Shown one piece after another: positions 56,389-64,000 of a DNA stretch of 64,000 bases. This DNA is from Piedraia hortae CBS 480.64 (Eukaryota), in assembly GCA_010093745.1 (NCBI GenBank), contig MU005963.1, positions 330,217 to 394,216 on the forward strand. The letters run 5' to 3'. The position numbers and the translations under genes are program-made. Numbering within the stretch: position 1 is the stretch's first letter; every line of letters starts with the position of its first letter. Under the pieces are notes generated by a model that worked only from the letters and a program-made list of their open reading frames with translations, searched no databases and had not been told where the DNA came from.

Positions 56389-56572
56389 ATGGGTCAAGAC
56401 GGTGCGAGCTACGGTGACGTGCAAGGCCAAGGCAGGAAAAGCGTAGCTGATATCACCTGTAGATGACAGCCTAGATACCCGTTCAAAACATGAAAACTAA
56501 ATCTTGGGCTGGCCACTAGCCATTGTTACTCTTCCTGCAGTGTTCCGCCCGGCGCGGCTGATCAGTGTAGTC

Positions 56573-57146
56573 CTAGGCCGATTGCCTCGCCTTCTCGGCA
56601 CAAATTAAGGCAATAATCCTGCTTAGCTCGGCCGACTGGGCAGCATGTTCTTTTACGATCCTTTCGTCAACGTCTTCCATCTTGCTCAGCTGCGCGCTAG
56701 ACTTGAGCATTCGATTCTGCAACTGCAGCATTTTCTGAAGAGTATTGTCAAGGAATGGGGCAGAGAAGGCAACCTGATCTGGAGCTCCGCCATTCAGACG
56801 CATTTCCAGCTTGCGTGGCTTCCTCCTAGCCTCCTCGGCCGGTGGCTCAGGCTCTCTGGGCTTTGGCCTGTTGAACAGTTAGTATGCTGGGTTATTGCAC
56901 AGTAAGAACGGACCTTTCGACAAATGTAATGCTTTCTGCCATCTCGGCAACGCGATTGGCAATTCGATTGGCCATGATGGAATAAGCTCCCATTGCATGG
57001 TTCTCTCCACCGGCCACAGACGCTGCCTTTTGAGCTGGTGTCTTTCTTGCGGCATTAGCAGCCTTGCCGGCATGGCTCGGGACATTCTTCTTGGTGGTTG
57101 GTCCCGTGCGGGAGGCTGTTTTAGCATGCTGCGTTTTGGCGGACAT
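56573..57146 (-). CDS. Small hypothetical protein (intron 56868-56913)
   Basis: GTCCGT...CTAAC...CAG intron joins ORFs 56892-57200 and 56573-56803 in frame. Confidence 0.55.
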
Positions 57147-57356
57147 TTTTCCTCTTAGAGACTCGGACCGTTTTACGTCAAGGCCGGAAAATAAATTCAA
57201 AGGGGATTGGAGGTCTGCAAGAGAACTAGAGAGGGCAATGAGAGGAAATATGCAAGTCGGGGGATTGGCAATCCCACGTCACTGTGGCGCCATGTACCAC
57301 CTGGTCTTTTGCCGGGATGGTATGCCAAGGCGCTGGAAAACACAACAGATGAGAAT

Positions 57357-59120
57357 ATGGCGCCCTCTTCCACAGCAACCTCGAGAGCCGGACTGAGCCT
57401 TACAAAGTCTGGCGTCAACAATCCAAATCCCATCCAACATGGCAGCATGGGCCAGGCAGAACGAGCCTTTTCGGCCGCCTCGACTTTTCTCTCAGGCTTG
57501 CTTGCCATTTCGGCTTCTCAAATCATCGGTGCTCCGCTCAAAATGGTTGATGCCAAATCCTACGATGCCTACATGGCCTGGACCAAGGAGTCGTTTGCGG
57601 TGCTCATGACCACCATCACACAGTGGTGGGCTCCTACCCTGGTACGGGTAACCGGCGACGAGAGCATGCAGGGTCAGCTGTATCAGATGAATGACGGATC
57701 GCTCAGATGCAACTTTCCACACAGGCTGGTGTTGATGGCCAACCACCAGCTGTACACCGATTGGCTGTACTTGTGGTGGATTGCATACACTAACAAAATG
57801 CACGGCCGCATCTACATCATACTCAAGGAAAGCCTTAAGAACCTGCCGATTTTTGGTTGGGGAGCGCAGTTCTACAACTTCATATTCCTCTGTCGAAACT
57901 GGCAGACGGATCGGGCAAGATTCAAACGAGCATTGGATCATTTAAAGGATCCTGAAGACCCTATGTGGCTGCTCATCTTTCCAGAAGGTACTAACCTTAG
58001 CGCCAGTACCAGAGAAAAGTCGGCAGCATGGGCAAAGAAATCTGGAATTCCGGATATGAAGCACCAGCTCCTACCGCGGTTGACGGGATTGCAGTATTGC
58101 CTCCAGGAGCTACGCAAGTCAACCAACTGGCTATACGATTGCACCCTGGCGTATGAGGGCATCCCAACTGGCCAATTCGGCCAAGATGTATTTACGCTAA
58201 GATCATCACTGTTCGAGGGTCGACCCCCCAAATCGGTAAACATGTATTGGCGGAGGTTTCGCATCTCTGAAATTCCAGTGGACAACAATGAAGCCTTTGG
58301 CCGATGGCTGAATAACCGCTGGCGCGAGAAAGACTATCTTTTAGAGTACTACTACAAATTCAACCACTTTCCCGCCGAGAATCCCACCCAGGCACTGGCC
58401 GCTACCGAAGGCAAGCGGAAACCAAACCACGCTAAATGGATAACCACAGACGTAAGAGGAGGCGGGTGGGACGAGTTTCTCAGCATCTTCGGGCCTGTCA
58501 CGACAGCAGCTGGAGCACTGAGTTCGGTAGACCTCACAGGGCCAGTCGATCTTGAAAGCTTACTGGGCAAGGTTGTAGAGCAGCAACAGCTCGAAATGCT
58601 GACACACGGGAAACTGTCAAAGGCAACGGCAAACCCTCAGGCGATCAAGTCCGCACTGAAAGCGGCACAATCCACAAAACTCCTACCGTTCTCCTTCATC
58701 AACTCCCTTCTCCAAGAAACCTCGACACCACAAAAGCACATGGGTAACGCTCTACATAAACCCGTAGCAAAACCCACTGCAAGGAGTACCGTATCGACCG
58801 ATACGCCAAGAGCACCTTCTCGGCCCCCCAAGAAAGCACAAAGCGTTTCCTCCATCCCTCTAGGCGGCGAAGCATCCAACACAAAAACCAGGACCAATCC
58901 CATTGCAAAAGCGCAAAAATCCCTCCCACTAGCCAACAGGGAAGCGGCAATAACACGACCTCTGAGTACAATAGCGATTCAAACTGCAGGCGAAGCGGTC
59001 AGAAACGCGGCAGCGAGACGATCAAAGCAGACGGGGACCGCCCTGCCAGGTCAGAAAGTCCCGGGCAAGCCTGTCCCGCTTACGAAAGCAAACCTCAACG
59101 CTGCGAGTAAACATTCATAG
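57357..59120 (+). CDS. Lysophospholipid acyltransferase (PlsC family, Cst26/LCLAT1-like) with low-complexity C-terminal extension
   Basis: NHQLYTDW (HX4D), ILKESL..PIFGWG, IFPEGT, LLPR, YDCT motifs. Confidence 0.88.
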   Translation: MAPSSTATSRAGLSLTKSGVNNPNPIQHGSMGQAERAFSAASTFLSGLLAISASQIIGAPLKMVDAKSYDAYMAWTKESFAVLMTTITQWWAPTLVRVTGDESMQGQLYQMNDGSLRCNFPHRLVLMANHQLYTDWLYLWWIAYTNKMHGRIYIILKESLKNLPIFGWGAQFYNFIFLCRNWQTDRARFKRALDHLKDPEDPMWLLIFPEGTNLSASTREKSAAWAKKSGIPDMKHQLLPRLTGLQYCLQELRKSTNWLYDCTLAYEGIPTGQFGQDVFTLRSSLFEGRPPKSVNMYWRRFRISEIPVDNNEAFGRWLNNRWREKDYLLEYYYKFNHFPAENPTQALAATEGKRKPNHAKWITTDVRGGGWDEFLSIFGPVTTAAGALSSVDLTGPVDLESLLGKVVEQQQLEMLTHGKLSKATANPQAIKSALKAAQSTKLLPFSFINSLLQETSTPQKHMGNALHKPVAKPTARSTVSTDTPRAPSRPPKKAQSVSSIPLGGEASNTKTRTNPIAKAQKSLPLANREAAITRPLSTIAIQTAGEAVRNAAARRSKQTGTALPGQKVPGKPVPLTKANLNAASKHS

Positions 59121-59338
59121 CGATTTATGTAGTCGTCAAAGAAAGATTTCTTTCCTCTTTGGGAACCTAAGCTTCTGAATAGAGTTCACAGTAAAACTTT
59201 CCCAGTGAGAGACTCAGTCATACAAGCCACAGGCCACTTACGAGGGAAGTAAGAAGTGCCACAAACGACGTCATTTTTCCTCCATCCAAAACATCCCAGG
59301 CGCGAAGCATCTCTACTTTTAATTTATTTCCCTACACC

Positions 59339-59996
59339 ATGAGCTCGATAGTAGACTACGCCAAAGACTGGGCATTGAACCAAGCAGCTACGTACCTCCG
59401 TGCGGGGATCGAGGCAGGTGGCACAGCCGCCGGGAACGCCGTTATTGGGGTCGGGAACGCTATCGAACAAGGTGGGAAGACGTTTGCTGAGGGAAGTAAG
59501 TTGCTCAACCAATCATTTGGGCTTGCTTGAAATGGGAATTGACGGGGAATTTTCTATGGTAGCGGTCGCTGGGAGTATTAAAGGCGTAGGGAACTATGTC
59601 AACAGCTACGGGGATGGGATCAAAGCCTCGACGGCTGTCGTGGGGCCTAATGCAAGGAAGACTGGCGTCAAGGCCCAGACTGGCGATTCGAATAAGAGGA
59701 AACCTGTCAAGGCTTTGCCTGCTACGGGGGGTTTAAAGGCGGGTGCTTTAACTAAGACTTCAGCTGTGACGCAAATGACAGTTGCGAGGGGAAAAGTAAC
59801 GTCTGCGAGACAGATGCAAAAATCCCTGCCGTCGGGAAAAATCCGCATCAGTCCTGAATCGAGAGCTGCTGTCTCTGCTGGGGGATCCAAAACCGTCCCT
59901 CCTCGTGTGGGCTCGAAGCCTGGTTCCAAAATGACAGAGACAGGCAAAGTGCGGATATCGCCGGAAAGTAGACCGAAACCCGTGGTAAAGGTCTGA
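59339..59996 (+). CDS. Hypothetical protein (intron 59496-59562)
   Basis: GTAAGT donor joins a Gly/Ala-rich amphipathic exon to a basic tail with duplicated GK(I/V)RISPESR. Confidence 0.6.
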
Positions 59997-60049
59997 GTTG
60001 GAATGATGTGATTCACAAGAGTGTGAAGGGTTGACGTGGTGCGTTATAT

Positions 60050-60808
60050 TTAGCAGTTATTATCAAGCAACAAGTCGGCAAGACAACTGATAGCAGCATA
60101 GTCATTATCAGGGCTTGATGTCGGACAATCCTGACTGCTGAAACCTTTTGTCAGAGGTTTGCCAAAAGGCAGACACGAATCAAAGTCCACAATGACGGGA
60201 TTTTTGTCCATGTTAAGGCAGATGTTGTGCTCGTTGATGTCATTGTGGGCAAGACTGAGGCTGTGCAGATGATTGATTCCGGCTTCAACCTGGTCTATGA
60301 TGTTTGAGGCTTCTGCAAATCCTATACGTCCAGGCGAAGTCTCCAGAATAGAGTCTAAAGAGGCCTCGTACTTTTCCAAGCACAAGTGCGTGACCCTGTC
60401 TGCTTTAACCACGCAGCCATGATAAGAGACAAGCGCGGGTTGCGGATTTTTCCTGATTAGCTCAAGCGCATGAATTTCTTGAAGCACGCAGTCAGCCACA
60501 AAGGTCTTACCAGGTTGACAGTCATCCCACTCATAGCTAGGCGGTTTTAGGAAGTGCCTGAACTTGTCAAACTCCGGGGCCAAAGTGAATTCACCACTGT
60601 CAAACTTTGGATAGATGCACTCTGGCGGAACCGTCTGGAGACACTGAAGAGCGTCCTCATCGCTCAAGTCTTCCATTCTGCAGACGCTCCTGCCGCAGAA
60701 GGCGATACCATCTATATACGCAGAGACGGAGGTGTATGCATGCTCTCCGTTTGGACCACACACTTCGTGTAGAACAAATCGAGAACCTTCATCCATTGCA
60801 TACTGCAT
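60050..60808 (-). CDS. Atypical protein-kinase-like protein
   Basis: HFLK, QEIHALE, LVSYHG, HLHSLSLAHNDINEHNI, IVDFDS; short C-lobe; start codon uncertain. Confidence 0.75.
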   Translation of the reverse strand: MQYAMDEGSRFVLHEVCGPNGEHAYTSVSAYIDGIAFCGRSVCRMEDLSDEDALQCLQTVPPECIYPKFDSGEFTLAPEFDKFRHFLKPPSYEWDDCQPGKTFVADCVLQEIHALELIRKNPQPALVSYHGCVVKADRVTHLCLEKYEASLDSILETSPGRIGFAEASNIIDQVEAGINHLHSLSLAHNDINEHNICLNMDKNPVIVDFDSCLPFGKPLTKGFSSQDCPTSSPDNDYAAISCLADLLLDNNC

Positions 60809-61102
60809 ATTGGTTGCGCGTTTGCACAGCAGGGATGGCGCAATATGACCATGGCACATACGCTAGGCTCGGGCCGAGGACAAAAAGCAGAACCCTTAGC
60901 CAAAACGGTGAAGCCCCCCACTTAACCCAGCCCCTAGGGCCCACGCTACCCCACATCCGAAAAGGCCATCTCGCGTTTTTTTTTGGCGTCATCTCGACCA
61001 CTGCTAGACCTGGGCCTCGCGCGTCCATCTCACATCACGTGCCCGCCTGGGAGTATCATGCGAATGCGCCCAGATCATTGGTGGCATGCGCAATAGCCGC
61101 CT

Positions 61103-63439
61103 ATGGCGGCCTATGACCAGCTGCATCACGGCAGCAGATTGCGGTTAGGTGGAAGTGGTGGAGGGACGAAGCAGGTGCCGACGGGTGCGTGCCATGCTCG
61201 CGACGCAGGCGGTCAGTGTGGATGTCGCACATTCTACCCCAACGATGAGAAGGGAGATGCCGGCAGACGCTGGTGTTACTGCGGACATCACGCGTGCTTC
61301 CATGAACAGGCAATTGTGCATCAGCAGCTGTCACAGCGGGATGATGGCTTCAAGTCAATGGCGGCCACTCAAGTCGACCAGACGATGCATTCTAAGGGGC
61401 TTGGCGTCGACCCCTCGAGACTTGCGAATACCCAGTTTTGGAATGCATTGAACGGTTTTGCACGGCAACAGGAGGATATATCCATGGAAGACGCTCCCGC
61501 TGCATATCCTGCTGCCTTTTCGAGGCCCCCAGATGGTCACGGCGGGCAGCTGCAGAGATCCCACATTCCAACGTCGATTACAGTGCAGGGGATATATCAA
61601 GGCGCTGATGACTTGAGCACCACAGAAATGGCCACGCCGAGCGTGAAAAGTCCTGATATGGGCCAGTTTCCCGGAGCAGCGTATGCCCGTATCTCCACGC
61701 CGCCGACTTTGGCGTCGGTGCGGTTGGAGTCCAGCAAAGCTGCCCAAGGAGGGCCTTCCGCTGATGTGCAAATGCCGTCTAGCGCGGCAAAACCCTCGCC
61801 AAATCCCATGTCTGATCCGGAAGTGCATGTCCTTCTACGCACTCTAGCGTGTAGGGTTGATTCCCTGGAGAGCTTGTCATTCAATCAGGCAGCAGTGGAG
61901 GAGATGCAAGAGAAGCTTGAGAATATAGACACGCGCATCTTCGAGCTCGAGCAGTGGCGCACAGAACGCGAGCAAGAAGCCAACCGGAACCGTCACACGG
62001 CCCAAAAACATACTCTGCTCTACTCGACTTCGTCGTCTTCTGCGGGCTCATTCGATAGTTCCGCAGCTGTTCAAACCGAAGCAGCCGTACTGGCAACTCT
62101 GGCTGCACAGGCTGAACTGGGGCCGCGAATCAGTGGGCTGGAAACGCGAATCAATGACCTGGAAGACCTGGCATTACCGTCACTCTCTCGACCCTGGCAT
62201 GTCCAGGTAGTTCTCCTGCCTTGGGGCCGAGACTTGAAGGGCATCTGGTTCTCGTCAGATGAACAACCATCGAGCTCGCAGCCTCAAGCCTCACCTCGTG
62301 AATGGGGAAGCGAGAGCCAGACGCGCTCAACTCCTATTCTGCCATTTGGCGATGCATGGACGACGAGATCCATCTCGGCATGGGCCTCCGAGACGCAAGA
62401 CTGGCTTTGTCCAAAGGCCTGTGGGCCTCATGGACTCGTCTTTCAGCGCCTTGCCAGTCGGGGGCTGGTGCAGGATATATCTCTGACGGCCCCCAATGCC
62501 CACCACATCCTGCAGACAATCCACGAGGCGTTTGGTGAAATACTCCCCGACCTTTCAGGCAAAGAGGAGAGCCCATCCTATCAAGGTCTGAACGAGGCAT
62601 TCATCCCACTCCGCAAAGTCCGCAAGTCGTCTCGCCTGCGCTTTCTATCTCCCAGCGAGATGGTTACGTCTGCTACGTGGTCGGCACAATTCCTCGATGC
62701 AGGCATTTTCATGAAGCTTTCCTCCGATTCCATTCGACGGCTGTATATCACAACTCCAGAGGCATATATCCAGCCTTCAGGCTGCGGCTTCTCATGGCGC
62801 AGCCTACGTCGTCTGCCCGTCCACAACGCAACTCCCGAAGAGGAAAACCTGCAAAGCGTCGCCATTGAGGCTTGCTGGTCCTATTGCGAGCGCCTCGACC
62901 GCGGATCCGAGATGCTACAAGACCCTGAGTGTGCATATTTTGCGCCTCCAACCAAGCCTCCACCACAACCTCCACCACAAATGGTCCAAAAACGCCGCAC
63001 TCTGTCCGTTCCACGCAAGTCAAGGCGAAGCAAAAGCCAAAGCCTCAATGGAACCCCTCCTGCCACCGGAGCACCCAGCAAAAGAAGCCGCATCTCAAGT
63101 CCAATGTCCCCGGAACAAGGCAGCTCGTCACGCAAACGAAGCAATGCCGGACCTGCAGTTGGTCTGACGCCGCGCTGGTCAGGCGAACCCTCGTCACCAC
63201 CGATCGCGTTTGAGTATGCCGAAGAGACCGAAATGCACGCGGGCCAAGCCTACCTTACACCTTACAGCAACCTCCAGAACAGCCTCTTTCCAGCCAAAAG
63301 CGAGGATCAAAAGAATAGAGGCCCTTCCGGCGCTGGAAGTGTAGACATGGACATGCACGGGGATGGAAACGACGAGGAGGAAGAAGAATGGAATGGAATC
63401 GAAAAATCTTCGTTCGAAGACAGCAGCGATGGTGAATGA
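61103..63439 (+). CDS. Conserved fungal hypothetical protein with N-terminal Cys/His cluster
   Basis: 778-aa ORF; C..CGC..CYCGHHACFH, coiled coil, VVLLPWG..LKGIW, FIPLRK..KSSRLRFL. Confidence 0.75.
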   Translation: MAAYDQLHHGSRLRLGGSGGGTKQVPTGACHARDAGGQCGCRTFYPNDEKGDAGRRWCYCGHHACFHEQAIVHQQLSQRDDGFKSMAATQVDQTMHSKGLGVDPSRLANTQFWNALNGFARQQEDISMEDAPAAYPAAFSRPPDGHGGQLQRSHIPTSITVQGIYQGADDLSTTEMATPSVKSPDMGQFPGAAYARISTPPTLASVRLESSKAAQGGPSADVQMPSSAAKPSPNPMSDPEVHVLLRTLACRVDSLESLSFNQAAVEEMQEKLENIDTRIFELEQWRTEREQEANRNRHTAQKHTLLYSTSSSSAGSFDSSAAVQTEAAVLATLAAQAELGPRISGLETRINDLEDLALPSLSRPWHVQVVLLPWGRDLKGIWFSSDEQPSSSQPQASPREWGSESQTRSTPILPFGDAWTTRSISAWASETQDWLCPKACGPHGLVFQRLASRGLVQDISLTAPNAHHILQTIHEAFGEILPDLSGKEESPSYQGLNEAFIPLRKVRKSSRLRFLSPSEMVTSATWSAQFLDAGIFMKLSSDSIRRLYITTPEAYIQPSGCGFSWRSLRRLPVHNATPEEENLQSVAIEACWSYCERLDRGSEMLQDPECAYFAPPTKPPPQPPPQMVQKRRTLSVPRKSRRSKSQSLNGTPPATGAPSKRSRISSPMSPEQGSSSRKRSNAGPAVGLTPRWSGEPSSPPIAFEYAEETEMHAGQAYLTPYSNLQNSLFPAKSEDQKNRGPSGAGSVDMDMHGDGNDEEEEEWNGIEKSSFEDSSDGE

Positions 63440-63558
63440 GAATAACAATCTACAACCAGTTCCTGTTGTATAAAAAGAAACTCCATGTACGAGGTACGGG
63501 TATTCCACTCTTAAACTTATTTCTTACAAAGTTGTTGTGCATCGGGGAAGCCAAAATA

Positions 63559-64000
63559 TCATGAATTGATTTTCGGCTTCGTCTTTGCCTCTTTCTTCTT
63601 CTTTGCCTCATCCTTTTTGGCCTTTTTATTTGCCTCAATCTTCTCCTCGTTCTTTCTTTTCAGATTCGCCTTTTCTTCCTCCGTCTTCTCTTTGACTTTG
63701 AAGAACCCCTCAAGTCGTGACTGTTGTGACGATTTTAGGTTCTTTTGCAGTCGCGCGGCGGCGTTGCGCACGCGGTCTTCGCTGAAGCCCTTTTCCTCAA
63801 CGAGGAACTTGACGAGACCGTCTACATCCGGATTCTCCCATTTGAAGTCGCATTCTGGGTCGCTCGCCTTGCGCACGTCAGGCTCCAGGAACAGCTGGCG
63901 TGCTTCCTGATAGGGCCAGTCGTCGGGTAGAGTGTATTTTGTATTTTTGCGAATGTGCTCCACGACGGCCTCCAGCGTCTTGTACTCTTTGATCAGCGAC
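63559..64000 (-). CDS. FEN1: Flap endonuclease 1, 3' part (5' end outside window)
   Basis: [40 protein letters not shown] box QSRLEGFF, basic tail. Confidence 0.92.
   Translation of the reverse strand, partial: SLIKEYKTLEAVVEHIRKNTKYTLPDDWPYQEARQLFLEPDVRKASDPECDFKWENPDVDGLVKFLVEEKGFSEDRVRNAAARLQKNLKSSQQSRLEGFFKVKEKTEEEKANLKRKNEEKIEANKKAKKDEAKKKKEAKTKPKINS

Noticed and set aside
1..64000. tRNA, rRNA or intact transposable elements
   Set aside because: No cloverleaf with A/B boxes, rRNA-like sequence, LTR/TIR pairs or transposase/RT motifs seen by eye; a tRNAscan/Infernal/RepeatMasker run would be decisive

Overview
Eukaryotic DNA from a filamentous ascomycete (Pezizomycotina) with a very compact genome. 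Introns are GT-AG, mostly 44-67 nt, with CTAAC/CTGAC branch points, and intergenic spacers are often under 200 bp. About 30 protein-coding genes can be supported: arginase, MAD1, mitochondrial SHMT, RPL18, SYP1-like, AUR1, an ankyrin protein, RAV2/Rogdi, ALR1/CorA, DUF6594, mitochondrial uL11, MAK3, LRO1, SEC24-like, a kelch-TM protein, a GT31, KAR9, acylphosphatase, a lysophospholipid acyltransferase, an atypical kinase, FEN1 (partial) and several hypotheticals. Two accessory zones interrupt the housekeeping synteny: a ~9 kb gene-poor island (16.4-25.3 kb) with decayed genes, including two tandem SEC18/NSF fragments, and a tandem trio of disrupted BTB/POZ genes (30.1-33.6 kb). The most striking feature is the ankyrin-Rogdi junction. 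The ORFs are only 2 nt apart (TAA-CC-ATG), and an in-frame A_AAT_TTA slippery heptamer sits exactly where the Rogdi (-1) frame opens. This suggests a bicistronic mRNA, a programmed -1 frameshift fusion, or a promoter embedded in the ankyrin CDS. There are two assembly gaps. No tRNA, rRNA, CRISPR array or intact transposon was recognised. All family calls come from motif recognition by eye, not database searches.
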